A stretch of 64,000 nt of DNA from an uncultured delta proteobacterium. GTDB taxonomy: Bacteria > Myxococcota > Myxococcia > Myxococcales > Myxococcaceae. The stretch is from the NCBI GenBank assembly GCA_963796055.1, contig CAWCKH010000004.1:1824001-1888000 (forward strand), given 5' to 3'. How positions within the stretch are numbered: position 1 is the first letter of the stretch; each line of letters starts with the position of its first letter. Below the pieces are notes generated by a model. It had not been told where the DNA came from. It saw only the letters and a list, made by a program, of their open reading frames with translations, and ran no database searches. The position numbers were made by a program, and so were the translations under genes. Positions 11,677-21,264 of the stretch are shown here, one piece after another.

Positions 11677-13785
11677 ATGGCAGTCGACCCCGCCGCGCCA
11701 CACCCCGCCGCCGCCGCGCCGTCCAGTGCCGCCGCCGACACCGGGTCCGACTTCCAGCCCTACGTCCCCGACGACGTCCGGCTCCCGGAGTTCACGCCCA
11801 AGGCCGTCCTCGTCGGAGTCTTCTTCGGCCTGCTCTTCGGTGCGTCCACGGTGTACCTGGCGCTGAAGGCGGGGCTGACGGTCTCGGCGTCCATTCCGGT
11901 CGCGGTGCTGTCCATCTCGCTGCTGAAGAAGCTCGGCGGCTCTACCATCCTCGAGAACAACATCGTCCAGACCATCGGCTCGGCGGGGGAGAGCATCGCC
12001 TCGGGGGTGGTCTTCACCCTGCCGGGGTTCCTCTTCCTCGCCGCCGATTCGCGCACCCACCAGAGCGTGGGCGCCCCCTACTTCAGCTACCCGGTCATCT
12101 TCACCCTGGCGGTGCTGGGCGGCATCCTGGGGGTGCTGATGATGATCCCGCTGCGCCGGGCGCTGATCGTCAACGAGCACAAGAACCTGCCCTACCCCGA
12201 GGGGACGGCCTGCGCCCAGGTGCTCATCGCCGGTGAGAAGGGTGGGGCGATGGCGGCCACCGCCTACCGTGGCCTGGGCTTCGCGGTGGTGTACGCGCTG
12301 CTGCAACAGGTGTTCAAGGTGATCGCCGACACGCCGGGGTACGTGACCCGCGCCACCAGCCGGGTGTTCCCCGCCGCGACCGTCAACGCGAGCATCACCC
12401 CCGAATACCTCGGGGTGGGCTACATCATCGGCCCTCGCATCGCCGGGGTCCTGGTCGCGGGCGGCGTGCTGGCGTGGCTGGGGCTCATCCCGCTGCTCGC
12501 CTCGCTGGTCCCGCCGCAGGTGGTGGCCGTCCAGCTGCACAAGCTGGGCTACCTCCCGGATCTCATGAAGGCCGGCCGCTACGGCTGGAACCCCACGACC
12601 CATTCCTTCAGCGAACTGAACGTCGCCATCTACTACGCGTACGTCCGGCAGATCGGTGCAGGGGCAGTGGCGGCGGGCGGCTTCATGACCCTGCTCAAGA
12701 CGCTGCCCACCATCATCAGCAGCTTCAAGAGCAGCGTCGCCGCGCTGAAGGCCGGGCGGCAGGGCGTGACCGCGCGACGGACCGAGGACGACCTGCCCCT
12801 CACCGTCACCATCGGGGGCAGCGTGCTCCTGGTGCTGATCATGGCCTTCCTGCCGTTCATCCCCGGAACCTTCCTCGGCCGGCTGGTGCTCGGGGTCCTG
12901 ATCATCGTCTTCGGCTTCTTCTTCGTCACCGTGGCCTCGCGCATCGTGGGAATCATCGGGACCAGCAGCAGCCCGGTCTCGGGCATGACCATCGCCACGC
13001 TGATGGCCACCTGCCTGCTCTTCCTGGCCCTGGGGTGGACCAGCGATCCCTACCAGCCGATGGCGCTCTGCGTGGGCGGCATCGTGTGCGTGGCGGCGGC
13101 CAACGCCGGAGCGACGTCGCAGGATCTCAAGACCGGCTTCCTCGTCGGCGCGACACCCAAGTACCAGCAGATCGGCCTGATCATCGGCGTGGTCGCCGCC
13201 TCGCTCATCATCGGCATCACCGTGACCGCGCTGGACAAGCCGACCCTGGACGCGTCCACCGGCACGGTGCTCCACCAGATCGGCACCACCCGGTTCCCGG
13301 CGCCGCAGGGCACCTTGATGGCCACGCTCATCCGCGGGCTGCTCTCGGCCAACCTGGACTGGCAGTTCGTGCTGGTCGGCGTCTTCCTCGCGCTCACCGT
13401 GGAGCTGTGCGGGGTCTCGCCGCTGTCGTTCGCGGTGGGCGCCTACCTGCCGCTGTCCACCACGCTTCCCATCTTCTGCGGCGGCGTGGTGAAGGCCATC
13501 GTGGACCGGACCAGCGGGAAGAGGGCGACCGCGTCGCACGAGGACGAGCTCGGCTCGGGCAGCCTATTCGCCACCGGCCTGGTGGCGGGCGGCACCTTGC
13601 TGGGCGTCGCAGTGGCGCTGCTGTCCATCTCCCCCGCCATCGAGGAGGTCCTCGGAAAGCTCGATGTCAGCGGTGCGCTGGTCGGAGCGCTGGGGAAGGG
13701 CGGGTTCGAGCTCCTCGGGGTGGCGTTCTTCGTCTTCATGGCGGTGGTGCTGTACCGGACGGCTAAGAAGCCGCTGGAGGGCTGA
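11677..13785 (+). CDS. OPT family oligopeptide transporter
   Basis: YLALKAG, ENNIVQT, LPYPEGTA, QDLKTG and FPAPQG, with many TM helices. Confidence 0.95.
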   Translation: MAVDPAAPHPAAAAPSSAAADTGSDFQPYVPDDVRLPEFTPKAVLVGVFFGLLFGASTVYLALKAGLTVSASIPVAVLSISLLKKLGGSTILENNIVQTIGSAGESIASGVVFTLPGFLFLAADSRTHQSVGAPYFSYPVIFTLAVLGGILGVLMMIPLRRALIVNEHKNLPYPEGTACAQVLIAGEKGGAMAATAYRGLGFAVVYALLQQVFKVIADTPGYVTRATSRVFPAATVNASITPEYLGVGYIIGPRIAGVLVAGGVLAWLGLIPLLASLVPPQVVAVQLHKLGYLPDLMKAGRYGWNPTTHSFSELNVAIYYAYVRQIGAGAVAAGGFMTLLKTLPTIISSFKSSVAALKAGRQGVTARRTEDDLPLTVTIGGSVLLVLIMAFLPFIPGTFLGRLVLGVLIIVFGFFFVTVASRIVGIIGTSSSPVSGMTIATLMATCLLFLALGWTSDPYQPMALCVGGIVCVAAANAGATSQDLKTGFLVGATPKYQQIGLIIGVVAASLIIGITVTALDKPTLDASTGTVLHQIGTTRFPAPQGTLMATLIRGLLSANLDWQFVLVGVFLALTVELCGVSPLSFAVGAYLPLSTTLPIFCGGVVKAIVDRTSGKRATASHEDELGSGSLFATGLVAGGTLLGVAVALLSISPAIEEVLGKLDVSGALVGALGKGGFELLGVAFFVFMAVVLYRTAKKPLEG

Positions 13786-13812
13786 TGAGGGTGGTCTCGG
13801 CGACGAGGCCCG

Positions 13813-14679
13813 TCAGACCGGAAGCTCTCCTACGGTGAGCCGGCCGAGCGCGGCGGCGTCGGCCACCGCCTCGATGTCGACGATCCGTCCCTCGGCGATG
13901 GTGGGGATGAGGACGACGAGAACTCGGCCACGGGGCGCGACGACGATGCCCAGCTCCCCATCGACCAGCGCTGCCGTCGCGACCTGCGCGCGTCCCTTGA
14001 ACATCGCCGCGACCGCCTCGGCGCCGCGGAGCTCCGGCGCCGACCCGAGGCGGACCGCCGCGGGATCCGCCCGGAAGACCACCTCGGGGTCGAGGATGGC
14101 CAGGAGCGTGGTCAGGTCTCCCTGCCTCGAAGCGGCGAGGAACGCCTCCACCAGCCTCCGCTCGGCGCCGAGCTCGGCGTCCTTCCCGACGCCCTGGACC
14201 CGGCGCCGAGCGCGGCTCGCGAGCTGCCGGGCGGCGACCGGGGAGCGATCGACGATGCGGGCGATGTCCTCGAAGGACACGTCGAAGAGGTCATGGAGCA
14301 CGAAGGCCACGCGTTCGGCGGGTGCGAGCCGCTCCAGCACCACCATCAGCGCGACCCCGACTGCATCCGCGGTTCGCGCGTCCTGCTCGGGGTCCACCGG
14401 CGCGGCCTGCCGCTCGGCCACGGCCACCGCGTCCGCCTCGGGCGCCTCGCGGCGAGAGCGTCGCGCGCGCAGCATGTCCAGGCACACCCTGGCAACCACG
14501 GTGGTGAGCCACCCGCTCAGGTTCTCCACCGTCTCCGTGCCCGAGCGACTGAAGCGGAGCCAGGCCTCCTGGACCGCGTCCGCGGCCTCGCTGCCCGAGC
14601 CGAGGATCCGCTCGGCCACCTGCTCCAGCCGGGAGCGATGGCTCTCGAAGCGCTCGGCCATCCAGGTCTGCTCGTCCAT
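13813..14679 (-). CDS. ECF41/SigJ-type sigma-70 factor with SnoaL-like C-terminal extension
   Basis: DAVQEAWLR, WLTTVVARVCLD, AFVLHDLF, RQLASRARR and a C-terminal extension. Confidence 0.92.
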   Translation of the reverse strand: MDEQTWMAERFESHRSRLEQVAERILGSGSEAADAVQEAWLRFSRSGTETVENLSGWLTTVVARVCLDMLRARRSRREAPEADAVAVAERQAAPVDPEQDARTADAVGVALMVVLERLAPAERVAFVLHDLFDVSFEDIARIVDRSPVAARQLASRARRRVQGVGKDAELGAERRLVEAFLAASRQGDLTTLLAILDPEVVFRADPAAVRLGSAPELRGAEAVAAMFKGRAQVATAALVDGELGIVVAPRGRVLVVLIPTIAEGRIVDIEAVADAAALGRLTVGELPV

Positions 14680-14680
14680 C

Positions 14681-14707
14681 GGTCACCTTTCTCGCACCAG
14701 GTTCGTC
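14681..14707 (+). promoter_or_regulatory. ECF41-type promoter for the CMD gene
   Basis: GGTCACC-N16-CGTC, matching the ECF41 consensus TGTCACA-N16-CGTC. Confidence 0.75.
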
Positions 14708-14715
14708 ATCCGGGT

Positions 14716-14742
14716 GACGAGGCGCGCTGGAACGATGTGACC
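14716..14742 (-). promoter_or_regulatory. ECF41-type autoregulatory promoter for the sigma gene
   Basis: The minus strand reads GGTCACA-N16-CGTC. Confidence 0.75.
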
Positions 14743-14780
14743 GGGATGGCCCCGGAGCGCTGCTCCGTCCGATGGGAGAC

Positions 14781-15236
14781 ATGACGATGCAGTCGAGGAT
14801 GAAGCACCCAGTGGAGCTCCTGCCCGAGGCAATGAAGGCGCTGCAGGCGCTGGACGGCTCGGCCGAGAGGCTGCCCTATGTGATCCGGAAGCTCGTGGAC
14901 CTGAGGGCCAGTCAGATCAACGGCTGCAGCATGTGCGTGGACATGCACGCCCGCGAGCTGAAGCGGGCAGGAGAGACAGACCAGCGCATCTTCGCCGTGG
15001 CCGCCTGGCGCGACACGCCCTGGTTCACCGACGCGGAGCGGGCGGCGCTCGCGTTGACCGAGGCCGTGACCCGGCTTCCCGACCGCGACGACCCGGTGCC
15101 CGACCCGATCTGGAAGGAGGCCGCGCGGCACTACGACGCCCCGGCGCTCGCGGCACTGCTGGTCCAGATCGCGCTGATCAACGTCTGGAACCGACTCAAC
15201 GTGCCCATCCGCCAGGTGGCTGGCGCCGCCTGGTGA
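14781..15236 (+). CDS. Carboxymuconolactone decarboxylase / AhpD family protein
   Basis: LRASQINGCSMCVDMH, ERAALALTEAVT and INVWNRLN. This is the typical ECF41 partner. Confidence 0.93.
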   Translation: MTMQSRMKHPVELLPEAMKALQALDGSAERLPYVIRKLVDLRASQINGCSMCVDMHARELKRAGETDQRIFAVAAWRDTPWFTDAERAALALTEAVTRLPDRDDPVPDPIWKEAARHYDAPALAALLVQIALINVWNRLNVPIRQVAGAAW

Positions 15237-15309
15237 TGCAGCGCCCGGGGTCGGGCTATCGTCGTGGGCTTGGAGAGCGGGGCGGGCCACCGGCAGAGCG
15301 AGTTGCTCG

Positions 15310-15472
15310 GTGTTCTGGGGTCGCTGGTCTGGTTCTCCTTGCGGTCTGTCGTTTCTACCGGAGCGGCTGGGTGGCGACGGTACTGAAGACGCTCACCCTC
15401 GGCGTCCTGGATCTGGCCATCTCGGTGGTGGTGGTGCTGCTGACGATGCTGGTCGCGCTGCTCGGAACCTGA
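15310..15472 (+). pseudogene. Possible orphan 3' remnant of a membrane-protein gene (DUF3667-like C-terminus)
   Basis: LAVCRFYRSGWVATVLKTLTLGVLDLAISVVVVLLTMLVALLGT* reads like a real TM C-terminus but has no plausible start. Confidence 0.35.
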
Positions 15473-15545
15473 GCCGCTGGTGGCGTCGGCCGATGCGGTC
15501 CGGGCGGTCGCCAGCCGCGGTCGACCGATGCTTGGATGGGAGCCC

Positions 15546-16805
15546 GTGGCCCGTCTCTCCGTGCTCGTCCTCCTGGTGCTCCTCGGCTGTGGAGGAGGAG
15601 GAGAGGGCACTGGCCCGGATGCCGGGCCCGCGGGTGTCGAGCTCGCGCCGTCCCCGGGGTCACCAGACCTGCCGCTCCATGGTGCCTCGCTGGAGCAGGC
15701 GCGGGCGTTCCGGGCGGGCGACGAGGTCTTCGAGTTTCCGTTCGAACCCGTCGACGGGCTGGGGCCGGTGTACGTCCGCCCATCGTGCACCGGGTGCCAC
15801 CTGCGCGGCGGCCGCGGACCGGGCCAGACGCAGCGCATGGCGGTGGTGTCGTCGACCACCGGAGCGCCGGTCGGGCCCGTGCCGTTCGGCCCGCTGGTGC
15901 GTCCGCTGGTGACGGCGGGAGCGGTGACCCCGGTGCTCCCGCCGGACGGAGGTCTGCCCGACGGCACCGTGGTCCAGGTCACGACCCGGGTGCCCGCCCC
16001 GGTGCTCGGTGGGGCGTACCTCGAGGCCATCGCGGATTCCGAGATCGAGCGGGTGGCCGCGGAGCAGTCGCTCCGCAGCGACGGCATCCACGGCCGGGTG
16101 CACCGGGTGTCCTTCCACTCGCAGGCATCGATCGACCCGCGGTTCCCTTCCCACGCCCCGGGCGAGACGGAGCTCATCGGACGCTTCGGAGTGAAGGCGC
16201 GCCTGGCGACGCTCGACGACGTGGTGGCGGACGGGCTCCAGGGCGACCTCGGGCTCACCAGCAGCCTGCGGTCGTCCGAGCTCCCGAACCCCTCCGAGCT
16301 CCCGAACCCCGATGGGCTCGGGGACGATCTGCTGCCGGGCGTGGACGTGCCCGACGCGCAGCTCGGCGCGCTGGTGGCGTACACGCGGCTGCTGGACATC
16401 CCGCCGCGTCCGGCGCCGGATGCCCGAGGCGCTGGACTCTTCGATTCGGTGGGCTGTGCGGTGTGCCACGTCCCGAGCCTCCGCACGCGCGCGGACTGGC
16501 CGACGCCGCAGCTCGCGGGCATCGACGCCCCGGTGTTCACGGACCTGCTCCTGCACGACATGGGCGCCGACCTCGCGGACGGTCAGGAGGAGGAGGGCGC
16601 GGGCACGCGCGAGTTCCGGACCGCCCCGCTCATCGGGGTCGGGTACCTCCGGACGTTCCTTCACGACGGTCGGGCGACCACCCTCCGCGACGCGGTGCTC
16701 GCCCACGGCGGCCCCGGGTCGGAGGCGGCCGGGACGGTCCAGCGCTTCCAGGCGCTCCCCCCGGCAGACCAGGAGGCGCTGCTCGCCTTCGTCGCCGGCT
16801 TGTGA
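15546..16805 (+). CDS. Di-heme oxidoreductase (DHOR-like) lipoprotein
   Basis: Lipobox LLGC, two CxxCH (CTGCH, CAVCH), DGLGP, GRFGVKA, FTDLLLHDMG and LHDGRA. Start codon is uncertain. Confidence 0.85.
   Translation: MARLSVLVLLVLLGCGGGGEGTGPDAGPAGVELAPSPGSPDLPLHGASLEQARAFRAGDEVFEFPFEPVDGLGPVYVRPSCTGCHLRGGRGPGQTQRMAVVSSTTGAPVGPVPFGPLVRPLVTAGAVTPVLPPDGGLPDGTVVQVTTRVPAPVLGGAYLEAIADSEIERVAAEQSLRSDGIHGRVHRVSFHSQASIDPRFPSHAPGETELIGRFGVKARLATLDDVVADGLQGDLGLTSSLRSSELPNPSELPNPDGLGDDLLPGVDVPDAQLGALVAYTRLLDIPPRPAPDARGAGLFDSVGCAVCHVPSLRTRADWPTPQLAGIDAPVFTDLLLHDMGADLADGQEEEGAGTREFRTAPLIGVGYLRTFLHDGRATTLRDAVLAHGGPGSEAAGTVQRFQALPPADQEALLAFVAGL
16275..16310 (+). repeat. Exact 18-bp in-frame tandem duplication (SELPNP x2)
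   Basis: TCCGAGCTCCCGAACCCC occurs twice in a row. Confidence 0.9.
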
Positions 16806-16816
16806 GGCCAAGTCGG

Positions 16817-17695
16817 TCAGCGGCCGATCGTCGCGTCGAACACCTTCCAGGACACCCCCCCGCGGAGGTCGCGGAGCACGACGTAGATCTGGACCGGGGT
16901 CGGGGTGTCGTGGGTGCGGAACCGGATGTCGCTGGTGGCGTTCGGGTCCTCGGGGATGGGCTCGGCCGATCGAAAGTCCACCACCTCCGCCGCGGTCGAC
17001 TCCCAGCTGTAACTGAAGCGCTCGTGCTGGATGCCGCCGTCCAGCCCGACGTAGGTCTCGATGCTGGCGGGCCCCCCGTCCGGGATGTGCGGGTACAGCC
17101 GGATCTCCTGGTTCAGCGGCAGCACCGCACCCTGCAGGGGACCGCCGTCGGGCAAGGTGACGTCGAGCAGCTCCGGGTTGTGGTTCAGCGGCCCGGAGAA
17201 GCGCACCGCGAGCCGGTAGATGCCCCGCTCCCGGTTCGAGGGGTCGTTCCCCGCGTCCGGCCTCACCAGCTCGTACCCGATGGTGATCTGCGCCACGCCC
17301 GGCTCACCGACGTTGATCCCGCCGTCGATCGTACCGGCGGCGCCGAAGGCGGCCTGGAGGAACGCCTGCACCTCCGGTCGGGAGGCGTCGAGCACCAGGT
17401 CGGGCAGGTCCACCCCGTTGCTCCCCGGGCAGTCGAAGTTCACGGCGAACGGGTTTCCGGGGCCGCAGAGCGCGAGCCGGAAGGTCAGTCCGGCATCCGG
17501 ATACGCGAGCGGCGAGAAGGTGATCGGTGGCGGCAGCCCGCCATCGCGCAGGTCCGCCTCCGGCGGGTCGGCCCGGAGCGCGAGCAGGCGCACCCGGTCG
17601 AGCAGCTGGCTCTGCTTCTCGAGGTCCGGACCGCAGCTCACCCCGAGCAGCAGCCCCAGACCACCGACCCCCAGAGCGACCCACCCGTGCCGCAT
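16817..17695 (-). CDS. Hypothetical lipoprotein, partner of the TonB-dependent receptor
   Basis: Signal peptide with lipobox GVSC. The start overlaps the receptor stop. Contains seven D[AG]G motifs. Confidence 0.75.
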   Translation of the reverse strand: MRHGWVALGVGGLGLLLGVSCGPDLEKQSQLLDRVRLLALRADPPEADLRDGGLPPPITFSPLAYPDAGLTFRLALCGPGNPFAVNFDCPGSNGVDLPDLVLDASRPEVQAFLQAAFGAAGTIDGGINVGEPGVAQITIGYELVRPDAGNDPSNRERGIYRLAVRFSGPLNHNPELLDVTLPDGGPLQGAVLPLNQEIRLYPHIPDGGPASIETYVGLDGGIQHERFSYSWESTAAEVVDFRSAEPIPEDPNATSDIRFRTHDTPTPVQIYVVLRDLRGGVSWKVFDATIGR

Positions 17696-20340
17696 CACCA
17701 CGTCCCCTTGATGCCCAGGATGGGCACGATCGGAAGGCCCTCGAACTGGGCGCTCTGCGCGTAGTTGTAGCTGTACTGCGTGCCCTCGACGCTCCGGGTG
17801 TTGGTCACGTTCTGGATGTCCAGGTAGAGGTCGAGCGACCAGTTGTCGAAGACCCAGATCTTGTCGATCCGCACGTCGAGCTGGGCGAAGTTCGGGAGCC
17901 GGTACGAGTTCACCGGTCCGTACAGCGGCACGTAGCTGTCGGTGAGGTCGTCCTTCACCGCCCCCACCACCGGCGTGCGTGGATTGCCGGTGGCGTAGCG
18001 GAACCGGCCGCCGATCTCCCATCCCGCGCCGAGCTTGTAGCTGGCAATGGCGGTGAGCACGTGCGTCTGGTCGAAGTCGAACAGCCTCCAGGTCGCGCCC
18101 GGGCGGTCGATGCGCTCGCTCTTGGAGAAGGTGTAGGCGATCCACCCGAACAGCCGCTTGGTCAACGCCTGCCGGAAGAGCACCTCGAACCCGTAGATGC
18201 GGCCCCGGCCCTCGTTGACCAGGTTTTGGGGAACCAGCTGCCCATTCCGCTCGATGAGCGCGCTGGTGCTGACCGGCATGTCCCAGAGCCGGTTGTAGAA
18301 GCCCTCGAGGCTCAGGAAGAGGTCGGGGCGGATGTTCCACTCCACGCCCAGGCTGGTCTGCAGCGCATAGTGGCTCCCCAGGTCCGGGTTGCCGAACACC
18401 GGGTCCGCCTCGCCGGCCTGGAGCGAAGGCGGGGCGTGGTAGAGCCCGACACCGGCCTTGAGCGTCACCTCGGGCGCCACGGTCCAGCGCACCGCCAGCC
18501 GCGGGTCCGCCGTCAGGAGCGGCCTCTGCTGGAGCCGGATGGTGACGACGTCCAGCCGCACGCCCGGGACGAGGAGCAGGTTGGGGAAGGGACGTAGCCG
18601 CAGCTCGGTCCACAGCCCGAGCTGGCTCTGCCAGAACGGTGAATCGGCGTAGAGCAGCTGGCGGGTGGGCCCGAAGTAGGAGGGCTCGCCCTCGCGCGGC
18701 GCCTGACCGAGCACGGCGCGGATCGTCCCATGGGTGTACGTCCAGTCCACGCCCACCGCGGGGGTGATCCCTTCGGCGAGCCGCAGCTCGGCGGTGCTCC
18801 GCAGCGCCCAGGTGCTCACGCCGAGCGTGAGTCCGCGCTCTCCGCCGATGTTGAGGTCCACCTCGGTCCGATCGAAGCCGCCGATGCTGTCCACCCGCCA
18901 CGCTCCGTCGACGAAGGTGTGCCGCAGCCGGAACTGGTTGAACCCGGTCTCGTTCTTGAAGTCGCGGCCGAGGGTGGGATCACCCGCGAGGGAGCTCTTG
19001 GTGATGAGCTCCAGCGCGTCCTGGCTGTGGAGCCCGAGCAGCTGAAAGGTGTTCTTCCCGTTCGGCTTCCAGGTCAGCTTGAGCTGCGCGTCGTCGTACC
19101 GGGGCGCGACGGTGAAGCTCGGCGAGTCCTCCTTGAGGAACAGCGGCAGGATGAGGTCGATGTACGAGCGCCGGTACGCTGCGGCGATGCTCAGGGTGTC
19201 GGTGATCGGCGTCTCGAGGACGACGTTGGCGTTGTAGGCGTTGACCTCGAGCACCCCGTGGAACCCGTCGGTCTTCGGATTCCGGCTCTTCACGTCCACC
19301 ACTCCGCCCACCACGCCGCCGTAGTAGGTGGAGAAGTTGCCCGGCAGGTAGTCCACCGACTCGAGCAGCTCGCTGTTGTACACCGCGGTCAGCCCTCCGA
19401 AGTGGAAGAGCAGGGGGATGCGCTCGCCGTCGAGGAAGATGCCCGAGTCACGCGGGCTGGTGCCGCGGATGACGATCAGTCCGCCGTTCAGCGGGGGCCG
19501 GGCCACCCCCGGGAGGTTCTGGATGACCTTCAGCGCGTCGCCAGTGGTGCCGGGGATCCGCTGGATCTCCTGGAGCGAGATGGTGGTCTGGCTGACCTCC
19601 TTCTTCTCGCGCGCGCCCCGCACCACCGTCTCGTAAGGGGAGAAGAAGGTGCGGAGCACGTGGTAGGTGGCCTGCGTCTGCTGCCCGGGATCGATGCGCT
19701 CGGTGGTCTCGAAGCGCTGGAACTCGCTGGCGGTGATGACCACCTGCACGTTGCCCGGGGGCAGGTCGCGAAACGCGAACTGCCCGCGCTCGTCGGTGAC
19801 GGCGCTCATCCCCAGCGCGGGGAGCGCCACCTCGGCCCCGGCGAGCGGCCTCCGGTTGCCGCGCTCGAGGACGCGGCCGGTGAAGTTCACCGGCCCCTCC
19901 TGCTTGACCTGGGCCTGCGGGGCCCGCAGCACGAAGTCGTAGGCGTAGGTGATGCGCACCGCGCTCGGCTTGCCGTCGATCTCCGCGGGCGTGAAGCGGA
20001 ACTGGCGGATCGCCGCGAGCGCCGCCTCGTCGAAGCCGTGCCCGGCGGGCTCCACGACCTCGGCGCGGGTCACCTCCCCCGTCGCCGAGATGTCGATGCT
20101 CAGCAGGACCCGCCCCTCGAGCTTCTGGGCCTCCGCCTCGGGTGGGTAGGCCGCCTCGACGAAGCGCTCCACCGCGGGGGGTCTGGTCAGCAACGGCTCC
20201 GGGGGCTTCGCCGCCTCGCCGGCAGGGGCAGGGGCAGGGGCGGGCTCGCCCGGCGGTGGAGGCGTCTGGGCGAGCGCCAGCGCCGGAGCACAGACCAGCG
20301 CTGTCACCCACCAGGCCCGGGGCCGCCTCGACACGCTCAC
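17695..20340 (-). CDS. TonB-dependent receptor with N-terminal TonB_C and carboxypeptidase-regulatory-like domains
   Basis: YPPEA...GHGFDEAALAAIRQFRFTPA (TonB_C), plug IQNLPGV...IRG, and a barrel ending in GIKGTW. Confidence 0.92.
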   Translation of the reverse strand: MSVSRRPRAWWVTALVCAPALALAQTPPPPGEPAPAPAPAGEAAKPPEPLLTRPPAVERFVEAAYPPEAEAQKLEGRVLLSIDISATGEVTRAEVVEPAGHGFDEAALAAIRQFRFTPAEIDGKPSAVRITYAYDFVLRAPQAQVKQEGPVNFTGRVLERGNRRPLAGAEVALPALGMSAVTDERGQFAFRDLPPGNVQVVITASEFQRFETTERIDPGQQTQATYHVLRTFFSPYETVVRGAREKKEVSQTTISLQEIQRIPGTTGDALKVIQNLPGVARPPLNGGLIVIRGTSPRDSGIFLDGERIPLLFHFGGLTAVYNSELLESVDYLPGNFSTYYGGVVGGVVDVKSRNPKTDGFHGVLEVNAYNANVVLETPITDTLSIAAAYRRSYIDLILPLFLKEDSPSFTVAPRYDDAQLKLTWKPNGKNTFQLLGLHSQDALELITKSSLAGDPTLGRDFKNETGFNQFRLRHTFVDGAWRVDSIGGFDRTEVDLNIGGERGLTLGVSTWALRSTAELRLAEGITPAVGVDWTYTHGTIRAVLGQAPREGEPSYFGPTRQLLYADSPFWQSQLGLWTELRLRPFPNLLLVPGVRLDVVTIRLQQRPLLTADPRLAVRWTVAPEVTLKAGVGLYHAPPSLQAGEADPVFGNPDLGSHYALQTSLGVEWNIRPDLFLSLEGFYNRLWDMPVSTSALIERNGQLVPQNLVNEGRGRIYGFEVLFRQALTKRLFGWIAYTFSKSERIDRPGATWRLFDFDQTHVLTAIASYKLGAGWEIGGRFRYATGNPRTPVVGAVKDDLTDSYVPLYGPVNSYRLPNFAQLDVRIDKIWVFDNWSLDLYLDIQNVTNTRSVEGTQYSYNYAQSAQFEGLPIVPILGIKGTW

Positions 20341-20450
20341 CCTCTCCCGCGCGCGGAACCCTCGGGCCCCGGGCGCCTTGGCGGACAGGTGATGCCCGCT
20401 CCGACCCGCCCAGGCAACGAGAACCGGTGCGAGGAGTCGGGATTCCCTCT

Positions 20451-21245
20451 TCAGGGCGAGGTCGGCCGGGGAGCGCCTGGCGTTTCCGACTCCGACACCA
20501 GCAGGACGCGCCCCCCGAGCGACGGCCCGGCCGGGCTGAACGGTGCTCCCGTGCCCGGATGGTATGCGGCCTGGAACCGCAGCCCCACGCTCTCCATCAA
20601 CCGCACCAGCTCGGTGATGGTGTACACCCGGACGGAGGCTGACTTCTGGCCCGAGCCGCGGGGACCCGCCCAGAACCAGGTGGTCTCGACCCTGCCGGCG
20701 ACCGGATCGAACCGGGGCTGCTCGAGCAGCAGCGTCCCGTCGGGCAGACGATGCGCGGGGGTCGACTCCCGGGAGAGCCGCGCGGCCAGGACGTCGCGGT
20801 GATTCGTGTCCACGACCACCTTCCCCCCGGGCCTCACCGCGGCGGCGAGGGTCCCGAGGATGGCCGCGTCGTCGGCCTCGGTGCCGTACCCCAGCGAGCT
20901 GAACAGGCTCAGGGCGACGTCGAACCCCGAGTCCGCCAGCGGCGCTCGCAGGTCCTGCCGGAGGAAACGGAGCCGCGCGGCATCGAGGTCACCGCGCCGG
21001 CGTTCCGCCTCTGCCAGGAGCGGAGCAGATTGGTCCACCCCGAGGACGCGCGCACCCAGCCGGGCGAGCGGGAGGCTCACCCGCCCGTACCCGCAGCCGG
21101 CGTCGAGCACCCGGCACCCCTCGGAGAGGCCGAGGATTCGCCACAGCGCCGCGGCCAGCTCCTCCCCGGGTCCCGACACCTCGGCCCACAGGCGCAGGTA
21201 GTCCTCGTCGAAGAACTGCTCCCACCAGGGGCCGACGCTGGTCAT
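20451..21245 (-). CDS. Class I SAM-dependent methyltransferase
   Basis: VLDAGCGYGR, LFSSLGY and VRPGG. Confidence 0.88.
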   Translation of the reverse strand: MTSVGPWWEQFFDEDYLRLWAEVSGPGEELAAALWRILGLSEGCRVLDAGCGYGRVSLPLARLGARVLGVDQSAPLLAEAERRRGDLDAARLRFLRQDLRAPLADSGFDVALSLFSSLGYGTEADDAAILGTLAAAVRPGGKVVVDTNHRDVLAARLSRESTPAHRLPDGTLLLEQPRFDPVAGRVETTWFWAGPRGSGQKSASVRVYTITELVRLMESVGLRFQAAYHPGTGAPFSPAGPSLGGRVLLVSESETPGAPRPTSP

Positions 21246-21264
21246 GGCCAGCGGCCGCCGGGAC

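Noticed and set aside
13809..13821. CCCGTC-A-GACCGG at the ECF41 stop codon as another repeat copy
   Set aside because: Only the 7-bp core matches and the arms differ, so it may be chance.
20221..20244. GGCAGG hexamer repeats
   Set aside because: They encode an ordinary Pro-Ala linker in the TonB-dependent receptor.
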